Assembly (NCBI GenBank): GCA_963821045.1
Contig: CAWGCB010000007.1
Span: 191,833 to 255,832 of the forward strand
DNA from: an uncultured Actinomycetes bacterium
Lineage (GTDB): Bacteria > Actinomycetota > Actinomycetes > S36-B12 > UBA10799
Length of the DNA: 64,000 nucleotides
Direction: 5' to 3'
A program made the translations under genes and the position numbers. Shown here piece after piece: positions 9,092 to 19,638 of this stretch. Every line of letters begins with the position of its first letter. Position 1 is the first letter of the stretch. Under the pieces are notes generated by a model. It was not told where the DNA came from, did not search any database, and worked only from the letters and a program-made list of their open reading frames with translations.

Positions 9092-10708
9092 ATGCGTTGC
9101 GCTGCTTTCTGGTTCGCGAACTGGCCAATCACCGCTGCTGGCTTGTCAATGACGCAGCCCTGCGCCGTCATTGAACGCGGAGTCGTGACCGTTTGCTCGC
9201 CAGCTGCCTACCACGACGGAGTGCGAATCGGGCAGCGTAGACGCGAGGCAAAGAGCCACAGCCCAACGATGGTGATTCTGCACGCAGATCCCTATCGCGA
9301 CGCCCAAGCATTCGAAGCAGTGGTGACAACTTTGCTCACCGCTGTACCCCGCCTCGAGGTCAGCGAACCCGGCCTTTGCACTGTCCCCATCGTTGGTCCC
9401 GCACGTTACTACGGCGGCGAAGAACGCTTCATCGAACACATTCTTTCGCTGTGGCCGCAGGACTGGCCACAAGACCAGATACCGAGGGAGTCGCTTCACA
9501 AATCACTTAAGGAATCGCTGAGGGAAACACTGCGAATCGGGATTGCCGACAGTCGCTTCGCTGCCCTCTGCGCAGCTAAATCCACTCCATCCAAAACCCA
9601 GCCCAAACAGTGGCAAATTGTTCCGCCGGGTCGAACTCCGGAGTTCCTTAAGCCATTCCCGATTTCCACGTTGGGGATTGCCGAGTTGACAACTTTGTCT
9701 CGCAGACTAGGGATTAGCACTCTCGGCCAGTTCGCTGCCCTACCGGCTCGTTCGGTGCTCTCACGCTTCGGTAGCTCCGCAGCCCAATCCCATGCACTCG
9801 CCCGCGGTATCGACCCCCAGCCGTTAGCCATCCATCATCCAAGCGAACCGCTATCGGCCAGCGGGCTACTCGACCCACCAGCAGAACGTGTTGATATCGC
9901 CACCTTCTCGGCCAAAAACGTTGTTGATGAGTTCGTAGGGTTACTCACTGATCGAGGTCTTGCCTGCACTCAACTGCGAGTTGAGTTAGAAACCGAACAT
10001 GCTGAAGAGAACACTCGGGTGTGGCGAGCTAGCCCGGTCTTTGATGCCGAAACCATGCTTGAACGAGTTCGCTGGCAACTGGCCGGTTGGCTCAACAGCC
10101 CCGCACACGATCGCAGCGCAGCAAGTCCCACTGCGGGCGTTTCACTGGTCCGACTCACAGCAGATGAGGTGGCTGGCTCGGCGGATCTGCAAATCAGCCT
10201 GTGGGGCGAGATGTCAGAAGCTGACCGTCGGGCAGTGCGTGGTTTAGATCGAGTCCGTGGCTTACTCGGGCCAACCTGCGTTTTCACCGTGCAACTATCT
10301 GGCGGACGAGGTCCCCGCGAGCGAGTTCACTACGTCCCATGGGGACAACCCACTCCACAATCGCCTCCACCTATGCCATGGCCTGGGCAACTTCCTGCCC
10401 CCTCTCCTGCCATTGTCCATACGACACCGGTCCCAATCAGAGTTTTTGGTGCCACCGGACCTGTTGCGGTGACCTCCCGCGGCGATGTATCCGCTCGGCC
10501 CACCCTGCTTGAACTGCCTGATCGCAGCACCCAAGACATCACTGCTTGGACCGGCCCATGGCTCACAGATGAGCACTGGTGGGAGCCGGAGTCTCATCAA
10601 CGCTACGCCCGGTTCCAGCTCATCACTGCTGATGGCGACGGCGATAGTCACGCGCATCTTTGCCTCGTGACACGTAATGACTGGCTCATTGAGGCGACCT
10701 ATGACTAG
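9092..10708 (+). CDS. imuB: ImuB, Y-family-polymerase-like SOS mutasome subunit
   Basis: 538-aa ORF whose start abuts the imuA' stop (TAAATG). The N-terminus MRCAAFWFANWPITAAG is the typical ImuB start, and the 3' end overlaps dnaE2. Confidence 0.8.
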   Translation: MRCAAFWFANWPITAAGLSMTQPCAVIERGVVTVCSPAAYHDGVRIGQRRREAKSHSPTMVILHADPYRDAQAFEAVVTTLLTAVPRLEVSEPGLCTVPIVGPARYYGGEERFIEHILSLWPQDWPQDQIPRESLHKSLKESLRETLRIGIADSRFAALCAAKSTPSKTQPKQWQIVPPGRTPEFLKPFPISTLGIAELTTLSRRLGISTLGQFAALPARSVLSRFGSSAAQSHALARGIDPQPLAIHHPSEPLSASGLLDPPAERVDIATFSAKNVVDEFVGLLTDRGLACTQLRVELETEHAEENTRVWRASPVFDAETMLERVRWQLAGWLNSPAHDRSAASPTAGVSLVRLTADEVAGSADLQISLWGEMSEADRRAVRGLDRVRGLLGPTCVFTVQLSGGRGPRERVHYVPWGQPTPQSPPPMPWPGQLPAPSPAIVHTTPVPIRVFGATGPVAVTSRGDVSARPTLLELPDRSTQDITAWTGPWLTDEHWWEPESHQRYARFQLITADGDGDSHAHLCLVTRNDWLIEATYD

Positions 10709-13700
10709 CCACTCCACATCTGCGCGTTACGCGGAACTCCACGCTCACTCGTACTTCAGCTTCTTGGACGGAGTGTGCTCGCCGGCCGAGATGGTCGCTG
10801 AGGCAAGTCGACTAGAGCTAACCGGCCTCGCTCTGGTTGATCATGATGGCTTCTATGGGATCGTCCAGTTCGCTCAAGCTGCCCGAGACGCTGGACTGCC
10901 GACCGTTTTTGGGGCTGAACTAACTCTCGATGCCACCAGCAGACCGAACGGTCTGACAGATCCGACCGGAGAGCATTTACTCGTTCTCGCTCGCAGTCCT
11001 GCTGGATATGCCCACCTAAGTCGGGCTATCTCCACCGCAAACTTAAATGGCCAAAAAGGCCAACCAGTCGCCAGCCTGCCCTCGCTAGCTGACGCTCACC
11101 ACAACGAGTGGCTTGTCCTAACGGGCTGCCGCAAAGGCACCGTTCCGCAGGCCTTATCTACTGGTGGAGTGCCGGCAGCGCAACGCGCACTCGATGAACT
11201 CCTCGCCACATTCGGTCATTCCAATGTCGCCGTAGAACTATGGCATCACCATGATCCTTACGATGACGCTCGCAACGATGCCCTCCACGAGTTAGCTCAG
11301 CGCCGCAACTTGCCCGTTGTCGCCACTACTAATGCACACTTCACCGGACCAGAACGTTCCCACCTAGCCCATGTAACCGCAGCCATTCGCGCTCGGCGTG
11401 ATCTTGGACAAATGGACGGGTGGCTACCAGGATCACCCAGCGAACACCTACGCAGCGCCTCTGAGCAACTGCGTCGCTTCCGGCGATACCCGGGGGCAGT
11501 CGAGCAGGCGGCCGACTTCGCCGCCGACCTAGCTTTTGATCTCTCGCTGGTTGCTCCGTCGCTACCCGACTTCCCCGTCCCGGCGGGTCACGACGAGGTG
11601 TCCTACCTGCGAGAACTGGCTTACCAAGGGGCTCACCGACTCTACGGTCCGCGCGATCGCGAACGCGTCAAAGGCGCGTGGAAACAGATCGATTACGAAC
11701 TGGAAATCATCGCCGAGCTAGGTTTCCCCGGCTACTTCCTCATTGTGTGGGACATCGTTCAGTTCGCCCGTCGCAACGACATTTTGTGTCAGGGCCGCGG
11801 ATCTGCCGCCAACTCGGCGGTCTGCTATGCGCTAGGTATCACTAACTGCGATCCAGTTGCCCTCGGACTCCTCTTCGAGCGCTTCCTGTCCGCTGCCCGC
11901 GATGGGCCACCAGATATCGACATCGACTTCGAAAGTGGACGCCGCGAGGAGGTGATCCAATACGTCTACCAACGCCATGGTCGTCACCATGCCGCTCAAG
12001 TTGCCAACGTCAACACCTACCGGCCACGTTCCGCAATTCGGGACGCAGCACGCGGGCTTGGCTATGAGCAAGGCAGCGCCGACGCCTGGACCAAGTACGT
12101 GGAGTATCACGGTCGCGATCGCGGTGCTGTCGATGCCGATGCTCCGATCCCGGCGCAAGTCCTAGAAACCGCTGAGCAACTCTTGGACTTTCCTCGCCAT
12201 CTGAGTGTGCACTCCGGTGGCATGGTCATCTGCGATCGTCCCGTGGTTGAGGTATGCCCCGTCGAATGGGCAACTGCTCCCGGACGCACTGTCCTGCAGT
12301 GGGATAAAGAAGATTGCGCAACCGTTGGACTCGTCAAGTTCGACCTGCTCGGCCTCGGCATGTTGGAGGCGATCCACCGAACCATCGACTTGGTAAAAGA
12401 CTTTCATGACGTCACCATCGATCTAGCGCTACTCCCCCAAGAACGGGAGGTATACGAACGGCTTTGCGCGGCTGACACCGTTGGGGTATTCCAGGTGGAA
12501 TCCCGAGCACAGATGGCAACACTTCCCCGACTGCGCCCAGAGAACTTCTATGACCTCGTTGTCGAAGTTGCCTTGATCCGTCCGGGTCCGATCCAAGGAG
12601 GGTCGGTACACCCGTACTTGCGCCGACGGGCAGGCAAAGAACCCATCACTTACCTGCACCCACTACTCGAGAAGTCGCTGAAGAAGACTCTTGGAGTTCC
12701 GATCTTTCAGGAACAACTTATGTCGATGGCTATCGATGTGGCTGGCTTCACCGCCGCTCAAGCGGATGAACTACGCCAAGCTATGGGTTCCAAACGCTCG
12801 GCCGCCAAAATGGAGGCGCTACGCAGTCGCCTTTACGAAGGAATGGCCCGAAACGACCTCACCGGTGCAGCAGCAGATCAGGTCTTCCAATCGCTCGCAG
12901 CCTTTGCGAGTTTCGGATTCCCCGAGTCTCACGCTGCGTCCTTCGCCTACTTGGTCTATGCCAGCGCGTGGCTGAAGCTTCGCTACCCGGCAGCGTTCTT
13001 GGCAGGCTTGTTGAACTCTCAGCCAATGGGCTTCTGGTCACCGGCATCTCTTATTGCCGACGCTCGCCGTCATGGCGTCACAGTTCGGCGCCCTGATGTG
13101 AACTCCAGTGCTGTCGGTGCGCGATTGGAACCGGCACACCTGAACTCAGAACCCTCAGAATCCTCGACGAGTCCTGGGCAACCAGTTGTGCGACTCGGGC
13201 TGAGCAGTATCAAAGGAATTGGCGACGAGGTTGCCGAGCGGATCGCCGTCGCCGCACCTTTTGAGAACCTCGATGACTTAGCGAGGAGAACCAGACTGAA
13301 CCGAACTCAACTAGAACAGCTAGCGACCGGCGCAGCCACGCAAAGTCTTGACGGTGGCAGGCGCCGAGCCAGTCTATGGAGTGCGGGAGCTATCGCCCAT
13401 CAGCGTGAAGATCAGCTTCCAGGGCTAGTTTTTGGTGACAGCGCCCCATCACTACCCGAGATGAGCAGCGACGAGACGCTGATTGCCGACCTGGAAACTA
13501 CCGGAGTCAGTGTCGACTCCTCACCAATGCAACTACTGCGCCATAGACTCACCGGGTACCCCGTCGTCCCTGCAGCACAGCTTCCCAATCGAAGACACGG
13601 GTCGCGAGTGACCGTGGCCGGAATCATTACTCACCGGCAACGACCAGAGACGGCCGCGGGCGTCACCTTCATAAGCCTTGAGGACGACAGCGGTCTAATG

Positions 13701-13874
13701 AATATCGTCTGCACAAAGAAATTATGGAGCAGGAACCAGAAGGTCGCCCGATCTGCGACTGCGCTACTAGTACGCGGCTATGTGGAATCGGCCGATGGTG
13801 CCATTAATGTTCTCGCTCACGAGCTTGAAGAACTCGATATCAGCATCGCTCCCCCAGCACGAAACTTCCACTAA
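10677..13874 (+). CDS. dnaE2: error-prone DNA polymerase III alpha-like subunit DnaE2
   Basis: About 1060-aa ORF with a PHP domain start (YAELHAHSYFSFLDG), a Pol III alpha core and a C-terminus ending RNFH. The likely start is ATG 10701, which overlaps the imuB stop (ATGACTAG). Confidence 0.9.
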   Translation: MTGSLRRPMTSHSTSARYAELHAHSYFSFLDGVCSPAEMVAEASRLELTGLALVDHDGFYGIVQFAQAARDAGLPTVFGAELTLDATSRPNGLTDPTGEHLLVLARSPAGYAHLSRAISTANLNGQKGQPVASLPSLADAHHNEWLVLTGCRKGTVPQALSTGGVPAAQRALDELLATFGHSNVAVELWHHHDPYDDARNDALHELAQRRNLPVVATTNAHFTGPERSHLAHVTAAIRARRDLGQMDGWLPGSPSEHLRSASEQLRRFRRYPGAVEQAADFAADLAFDLSLVAPSLPDFPVPAGHDEVSYLRELAYQGAHRLYGPRDRERVKGAWKQIDYELEIIAELGFPGYFLIVWDIVQFARRNDILCQGRGSAANSAVCYALGITNCDPVALGLLFERFLSAARDGPPDIDIDFESGRREEVIQYVYQRHGRHHAAQVANVNTYRPRSAIRDAARGLGYEQGSADAWTKYVEYHGRDRGAVDADAPIPAQVLETAEQLLDFPRHLSVHSGGMVICDRPVVEVCPVEWATAPGRTVLQWDKEDCATVGLVKFDLLGLGMLEAIHRTIDLVKDFHDVTIDLALLPQEREVYERLCAADTVGVFQVESRAQMATLPRLRPENFYDLVVEVALIRPGPIQGGSVHPYLRRRAGKEPITYLHPLLEKSLKKTLGVPIFQEQLMSMAIDVAGFTAAQADELRQAMGSKRSAAKMEALRSRLYEGMARNDLTGAAADQVFQSLAAFASFGFPESHAASFAYLVYASAWLKLRYPAAFLAGLLNSQPMGFWSPASLIADARRHGVTVRRPDVNSSAVGARLEPAHLNSEPSESSTSPGQPVVRLGLSSIKGIGDEVAERIAVAAPFENLDDLARRTRLNRTQLEQLATGAATQSLDGGRRRASLWSAGAIAHQREDQLPGLVFGDSAPSLPEMSSDETLIADLETTGVSVDSSPMQLLRHRLTGYPVVPAAQLPNRRHGSRVTVAGIITHRQRPETAAGVTFISLEDDSGLMNIVCTKKLWSRNQKVARSATALLVRGYVESADGAINVLAHELEELDISIAPPARNFH

Positions 13875-13876
13875 AC

Positions 13877-15976
13877 GTGCGCGGCAATCCGCGGAGTTTG
13901 TCTGCCCGGCCCTTACTCTCGTCGATAGATCACACGGGACTGGGCACGACTTCACGAAGTAGGCAGGCGTTGAGCTGGCGAATGAGCATATCTACGGAGA
14001 ACCGCTCCGCGCTCACGCGTCCCCGAGTCTCAACCGGCTCACAAGGTGGACCAAAACCAGTCAAACCCACTTTCGTTGGACGCCCAACCCCGCACTTGGG
14101 GTACCTGCCCTCACTCGACGGAATTCGTGCGATCGCCGTCCTGGCGGTGATGATCTTCCACTCTGCCGTGCCGTGGCTACCGGGGGGATTCCTCGGAGTC
14201 GACGTCTTCTTCGTCTTATCGGGCTTCCTCATCACCAGCCTGCTACTTCAAGAGGTCGAACGTACCGGTGGAATCGATTTCAAGCGGTTCTACCTGCGAC
14301 GGATCAGGCGCCTCGTCCCCGCGTTCTTAGCGGTGATCCTGGTCAGCGCGTTACTCATCCTGCTCTTCGCACAAGATGCTGCCGGAAAGTACCGCGAAGA
14401 CGTCCTTGCCTCGGCCCTCTACGTCAACAACTGGTTCAACATCTTCAGCGACCAATCCTACTTCGAGGCAATCGGTCGACCTCCGATGCTCCAGCACCTC
14501 TGGTCGCTAGCCGTGGAGGAACAGTTCTACCTAATCTGGCCCACAGTCCTGCTGTTTACGTTCCGTCGCCGCCTGCGCGACGGAGTGCGCCGGGTCGCCA
14601 TTATCGGGGTCTTCGCCAGTACCGCTCTCATGGCGATCATGAGTTTCTGGCTGGCGATGCCAACGGACAACGACGCGTCGCGCTTGTACTTCGGTACGGA
14701 CACCCACGCTATGACTATCCTCGCAGGCGCTGCCCTAGCCACCGCGTGGCGGCCGAAGGCACTGCCTCGAAAGCTCGCCCTCCAACCAAGGATTGCCCTG
14801 AGCGCGATCGGCCTCGTCGCCCTTGCGCTCATGGCGTGGTTCTTCATCAACATCACGGATCAGTCCGCGTTCCTTTATCGCGGCGGATTCCTAGTGTTTG
14901 CCGGTATTTGCGTCGTCGTCATCGCGGTCGCCACCCACCCGGCCATCGCTGCGTCCAGACTGCTCGGAATCGCACCACTGGTGTACATCGGTAAACGCTC
15001 TTACGGCCTCTACCTCTGGCACTGGCCGATCTTCAACATTCTGCGCCCAGGTATCGACATCGGATTGACCGGAATTCCGGCGCTCATTCTGCAGTTTGCC
15101 TTGACCTTCGGCGCCGCGGAGTTGTCCTATCGATACCTGGAAATGCCAGTACGCAACGGAGACATTGGCCGCATCTGGGCGAGTTGGAAGGAGCAGGGAG
15201 TAGCACTCAAGCGAGCCACTATTGCTGCAGCTGTCTCGGTGGTTGTTGTCCTCGGTCTCTCAGTCAGCGTTGCCGCCCTCCCAGCGGTCGACTCTTCCAC
15301 CTACCTCAGTGGCGCAACCGAGGTCGGCGCCGGATCATTGACCGACTCAGCTGACGAAGCTACACAGGGCGCAAGCGACGGTGCCGGTGCCGGTGATGGT
15401 GATGGTGCAGACACCACGATCGCCGATAAGTCCACGGAATCCGGCGCAGTGAAGGCTGCTGACGATCCACTAATGACTGCGCCACTCGTGCCCGGCGAGG
15501 ACCTGACCCTGCGACCCGTTACCGCGATCGGCGACTCGGTCATGCTCGGCGCACGCCAAGCGGTGCAAGGTGCGCTGGACAAAGTCACCGTCGATGCGAC
15601 GGTCAGCCGCCACGCCGACCTCATGTACAAACGCATTGACGAACGCCGCGCGGCGGGCAAACTTGCGCCGGTCGTGGTCATCCATCCCGGCACCAATGGA
15701 CCGGCTTACGAGGACGATCTTCGCGAAGCAGTCGCCGGATTGGCAGATCGTGCGCGGGTAGTGCTGGTCACCACGCACGTTCCCCGAAGCTGGATGGATG
15801 AGTCCAACCAGAACATCCGCAAGGTCGCCCAAGAGTTCCCGAACGTGCGAATCGCTGAGTGGGAACAGGCGGCTGAAGGGAATCGAGACTACTTCGTCGC
15901 TGACGGCACCCACCTGACACCACCAGGTGCACGCGCATACGCAGCAGCGATTTCCAAGGCCATCGCATCGCCTTAA
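13877..15976 (+). CDS. membrane acyltransferase (acyltransferase_3 domain) fused to a C-terminal SGNH domain, OafA-like
   Basis: 699-aa ORF. It has LDGIRAIAVLAVMIFH and GVDVFFVLSGFLIT motifs, about 10 TM segments, and a C-terminal domain with AIGDSVMLG ... DGTHL. ATG 13982 is an alternative start. Confidence 0.8.
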   Translation: MRGNPRSLSARPLLSSIDHTGLGTTSRSRQALSWRMSISTENRSALTRPRVSTGSQGGPKPVKPTFVGRPTPHLGYLPSLDGIRAIAVLAVMIFHSAVPWLPGGFLGVDVFFVLSGFLITSLLLQEVERTGGIDFKRFYLRRIRRLVPAFLAVILVSALLILLFAQDAAGKYREDVLASALYVNNWFNIFSDQSYFEAIGRPPMLQHLWSLAVEEQFYLIWPTVLLFTFRRRLRDGVRRVAIIGVFASTALMAIMSFWLAMPTDNDASRLYFGTDTHAMTILAGAALATAWRPKALPRKLALQPRIALSAIGLVALALMAWFFINITDQSAFLYRGGFLVFAGICVVVIAVATHPAIAASRLLGIAPLVYIGKRSYGLYLWHWPIFNILRPGIDIGLTGIPALILQFALTFGAAELSYRYLEMPVRNGDIGRIWASWKEQGVALKRATIAAAVSVVVVLGLSVSVAALPAVDSSTYLSGATEVGAGSLTDSADEATQGASDGAGAGDGDGADTTIADKSTESGAVKAADDPLMTAPLVPGEDLTLRPVTAIGDSVMLGARQAVQGALDKVTVDATVSRHADLMYKRIDERRAAGKLAPVVVIHPGTNGPAYEDDLREAVAGLADRARVVLVTTHVPRSWMDESNQNIRKVAQEFPNVRIAEWEQAAEGNRDYFVADGTHLTPPGARAYAAAISKAIASP

Positions 15977-16036
15977 CGCGCGACCCGGGGCGATGATGCC
16001 GGTTCGACGACAACCGTGCGCCAGACCTGACCTATC

Positions 16037-16267
16037 GTGGGGTCCGTGGAGTTGTCGAGTCGCGAGCTAGACGAGCCGTCGATACACCGCCTTCCACTCG
16101 ACGTCGCTCGCCGCGATGAAATCATCGACTGCCATCGAACTGCCCTAGAGCGCGACGACGACGGCTACGACGACCCCGCGACCGGGCTATTCGTCTTCAC
16201 CTCGGCGTACCTCGCGACGAGGGACTGCTGCGACATGGGCTGCCGCCACTGCCCTTACTGCGAATAG
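16037..16267 (+). CDS. small Cys-rich protein, DUF5522-like
   Basis: 76-aa ORF ending TGLFVFTSAYLATRDCCDMGCRHCPYCE, which resembles the C-terminal CC..GCRHCPY signature of DUF5522. Confidence 0.5.
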   Translation: MGSVELSSRELDEPSIHRLPLDVARRDEIIDCHRTALERDDDGYDDPATGLFVFTSAYLATRDCCDMGCRHCPYCE

Positions 16268-16311
16268 GTCGGCGGCCTGACTTCGTCACCACTGGCAGGT
16301 AGATTCAGCAC

Positions 16312-17715
16312 ATGGTGGCTATTGACGAGACAGCGGTCGGCGAGGACGTGATCGACCGAGGCGACGCGGTTGCCGTGATCGGTGCGGGACCCCATGGCCT
16401 GTCGGCACTCAAAGCCCTGCTTGAACTCGGCATCCCGGCTGACGCGTTCGAGCGTTCTGGTGACCTCGGCGGAAACTGGAACTTCGGCGCGCCCACGTCG
16501 AGGGTCTACGAATCGACTCACCTAATCTCAAGCAAGCCGTTCACTCAGTTCCCTGACTTTCCAATGCCCGACAGCTTCCCGGACTATCCCAGCCACCGCC
16601 AAGTCAAGGAATACTTCGACGCTTATGCGACCCACTTTGGGCTGCGCGATCGAATCTCCTTCGACACCGCAGTCGTCGCGATCGAGCAAACTGGCGAGGG
16701 CGGCCCGAGCAGTACAGGAGATCAGCGCTGGAACGTGACGATTGAGTCGGCCAACGGTCAACTCCACACCCTGCGATACGACGGTGTGGTCGTGGCCAAC
16801 GGCCACAACTGGAGCGCAAAAAAGCCCACGTACCCGGGCCTCGCGGATTTCACCGGCACGGTGCTGCACTCGGCCGACTACAAGAGCGCGGCGCAGGTAC
16901 GTGGCCACCGGGTGCTGGTGGTCGGGGCAGGTAACACTGGCTGCGATATCGCCGTGGAGAGTGCGCAGAACGCGGCGGCCACGTACCACTCGACCCGCCG
17001 TGGCTACTACTACAACCCGAAGTACGCCTTTGGGCGTCCATCAGATCAGGTAGCCGACCAACTCCTCGCTATGCGACTGCCGCTGGCAATCCGGCGAACC
17101 ATGTTCAAGCTGACCCTTCGAGCGACCGTTGGGGATCTGACTTCCTTTGGGCTACGCCAACCGGATCATGACTTCTTTGAGACGCACCCGATCGTCAACC
17201 AACAACTCGTGTACTACGTGGGACACGGCGACATAGTCCCCAAACCCGATGTGGAACGGTTCGAACCCGACGGGGTGGTCTTCGCTGACGGGACTCAAGC
17301 AAAGGTGGACTTAGTGATCTTTGCAACGGGCTATCTGGCCGTCTTCCCGTTCTTGCGAGACTTGGACGCGTTGGACGCGTCTGAGGGTCACCCGCAGCTA
17401 GCACTACAGATGGCCTCGCCCACCGCGGCCAACCTGTGGCTTTCGGGCCTCATCCAGCCAGACTCGGGCCAATGGACGATCGCGCACTGGCAAGGGATGG
17501 CGATCGCGTCCTTCTTGGCGATGGCACGGCGTAACCCGCAGCGAGCGCAAACGATTCACCAACATCTCAACGAGGATCGGAGTAGACGCTTCTCCGGTGG
17601 CGCTGACTACAAGGATTCCACCCGCCACTACTACGAGGTGGCACATCAGGAGTACTTAGCGGCCCTATCGCAGTTACTCGATGAGGTTGGCCCAGCAACG
17701 GCGGTGTCGCGATGA
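16312..17715 (+). CDS. flavin-containing monooxygenase / NAD(P)-FAD oxidoreductase
   Basis: 467-aa ORF with a GAGPHG FAD fold, the LGGNW motif and a second dinucleotide fold GAGNTGCD. Confidence 0.75.
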   Translation: MVAIDETAVGEDVIDRGDAVAVIGAGPHGLSALKALLELGIPADAFERSGDLGGNWNFGAPTSRVYESTHLISSKPFTQFPDFPMPDSFPDYPSHRQVKEYFDAYATHFGLRDRISFDTAVVAIEQTGEGGPSSTGDQRWNVTIESANGQLHTLRYDGVVVANGHNWSAKKPTYPGLADFTGTVLHSADYKSAAQVRGHRVLVVGAGNTGCDIAVESAQNAAATYHSTRRGYYYNPKYAFGRPSDQVADQLLAMRLPLAIRRTMFKLTLRATVGDLTSFGLRQPDHDFFETHPIVNQQLVYYVGHGDIVPKPDVERFEPDGVVFADGTQAKVDLVIFATGYLAVFPFLRDLDALDASEGHPQLALQMASPTAANLWLSGLIQPDSGQWTIAHWQGMAIASFLAMARRNPQRAQTIHQHLNEDRSRRFSGGADYKDSTRHYYEVAHQEYLAALSQLLDEVGPATAVSR

Positions 17716-18581
17716 ATGGCGCCCACCGCACAGTTTTGCGCCGCTGGGAGTGGTCGACGCCACCGAAGGCAACACACTTGGAGATTCTTTCCCGAGAAGT
17801 CCCCGGTTCAACGCGGCCGCCACTGCTGTTCATCCACGGACTCGCACACGGTGCTTGGTGCTACGACGAGCACTGGCTAGACGCGGCGGCGCAGCGCGGC
17901 TATTCGTCCTACGCGCTATCCCTGCGTGGGCACGGTGGGTCGGGCGGATCTACCCGCTTGGGTCGCACCATGATGCGCGACTACGTCCACGACGTCTTGC
18001 AGGCGATAACCGAGCTGCCCTCAGTTCCAGTACTCGTCGGTCACTCGCTAGGCGCACTGGTTACGGCCCGAGTGCTGCAACGCTACCCAGCGCGGGCCGG
18101 CGTTTTACTGACGCCGGTACCGGCAGGGGGTATCCCCCACTCGATCGCTGCTGGCCTGCGTAAGAAGCCACTGGCACTTGCCTCAACGATGGTGGGTCGG
18201 ACCCTGGCGTTGACCGCGGATGACCTCTTCAGCTCACTGCCGCCAGATGAGGCCGCGAGACTGGTTAGCCGCCTAGGTCGCGAATCTCCCTGGGCTCAGT
18301 TCGCGATGATGCGGCCCGAGCGAATGGGCCCCATCCTGAGCCCCGTGCTGGTCGTTGGCGCTGAACAGGACGCCTTGATTGCTGGCGCCGATGTGACCCG
18401 AGCGGCAGCCGCGTTGAATGCACCCCTGACCTGGGTGCCAGGTGGACACGATGTGATGCTCGATGGTGCCTGGCGAGAGGTTCTGGACACCGTGCTGGAT
18501 TGGGTCGATGAAACCTGCCCGGCCGGTTCCCCGCCACTGCCTGGAGCAGCCAAACTTGAGCCGCTGGATCTGGCGACCTAG
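17712..18581 (+). CDS. alpha/beta-fold hydrolase
   Basis: 289-aa ORF with HGLAHG and the nucleophile elbow GHSLGA. There is a 4-nt start/stop overlap with the monooxygenase gene. Confidence 0.7.
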   Translation: MNGAHRTVLRRWEWSTPPKATHLEILSREVPGSTRPPLLFIHGLAHGAWCYDEHWLDAAAQRGYSSYALSLRGHGGSGGSTRLGRTMMRDYVHDVLQAITELPSVPVLVGHSLGALVTARVLQRYPARAGVLLTPVPAGGIPHSIAAGLRKKPLALASTMVGRTLALTADDLFSSLPPDEAARLVSRLGRESPWAQFAMMRPERMGPILSPVLVVGAEQDALIAGADVTRAAAALNAPLTWVPGGHDVMLDGAWREVLDTVLDWVDETCPAGSPPLPGAAKLEPLDLAT

Positions 18582-18627
18582 CTGTCAAGTGTCTGGCGTC
18601 AGGTCGGTCCCTGGCAACGTGGCAGCG

Positions 18628-19626
18628 CTAACGGAGTAGCTCGCCGATTCGAGGATCGGCCGCGATGCGCGCGGCCACGCTTTCGCTCACTGCCTTAGCC
18701 ACGGCGGGTTCGCGCCCGGGACTCATCGGGTTGGTGCCCATCACCTCCACGTCATGTTCGGTCGGAGCGAAGGCAATAACCTGGGTACCCGCTGCGCGAA
18801 GAGCATCGATCTCCTTATCGAGCTGTCGGCGAAGAGTTCGTCGAACGGGTTTGTCGACGGGTAGACGCCGACTCGCGTGGATAGCCATTGGCGCGCTAAT
18901 GATGACGGCGTCTAGACGCTCCCCGGCCAGCACGTCGGCGTTACAGATCGACGCCATGCCGCCATCGACGTAGCGCTGACCGTTGATAGTCACCGGCGTG
19001 AAGTAACCGGGGATAGCACACGAGGCGGCGACAGCCTCGCCGATGGTGGGACCGATCCGGGAGTCGCTGTGGGCGCCCTCGGCGTCCCTGCCGAAAATCG
19101 TTAGTTGACCGTCATCAAGTCGCACTGCAGTGATCCAGGGTCGTGGTTGGGGCCACCTGCCACTGGATAGAGCATCCATCCCGCGCTCGATACTGGCCGT
19201 GGATTCGATCCCTTCCGGCAGGGCGGCCGCTGCCAGCGACCCTAGCCCGGGCAAGGAGCGACGCCTCGCCAGCGTTTTGAACAACTCTGGCGCTGCAGGT
19301 CGCAGACTGCGCCTCGTGTTGCCAGCGTCCGCTCCCCCCGAACCAACGGCCGCGTCCGCATTGGAACTGCGTCGACTCGACGCGGCGCGCGCGAGCAGCA
19401 TCTGCCCGGCAGGAGAAAGCGATTGCCCGATCTGCCGACGGTACAGATCGGCTGGTTCAAATCCGACGCGCAGGGACGTTGCGGTAATTGATCCAGCCGA
19501 GGTGCCCACAATGATCTCGCTGCGGCGGGCATCCCAGCCGACACCCTGAGCTAACGCTTGAAGCACACCTGCGTGGAAGGCTCCGCCAGTCAGCCCACCA
19601 CCACCGAGTACTAGGCCGATCCGCAT
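18628..19626 (-). CDS. patatin-like phospholipase
   Basis: 332-aa ORF with a glycine-rich oxyanion loop (GGGGLTGGAFHAG), GTSAGS (GxSxG) and the DGG catalytic Asp motif. Confidence 0.8.
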   Translation of the reverse strand: MRIGLVLGGGGLTGGAFHAGVLQALAQGVGWDARRSEIIVGTSAGSITATSLRVGFEPADLYRRQIGQSLSPAGQMLLARAASSRRSSNADAAVGSGGADAGNTRRSLRPAAPELFKTLARRRSLPGLGSLAAAALPEGIESTASIERGMDALSSGRWPQPRPWITAVRLDDGQLTIFGRDAEGAHSDSRIGPTIGEAVAASCAIPGYFTPVTINGQRYVDGGMASICNADVLAGERLDAVIISAPMAIHASRRLPVDKPVRRTLRRQLDKEIDALRAAGTQVIAFAPTEHDVEVMGTNPMSPGREPAVAKAVSESVAARIAADPRIGELLR

Positions 19627-19638
19627 TCATGCATCTTG

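Noticed and set aside
14173-14994. 273-aa Arg-rich ORF, plus similar long alternative-frame or antisense ORFs (for example 2410..3072, 23451..24110, 30067..30735, 40532..41239, 55756..56220).
   Set aside because: Each is nested in or antisense to a gene with strong family motifs and has the low-complexity Arg/Ser/Pro/Thr bias of non-coding frames in GC-rich DNA.
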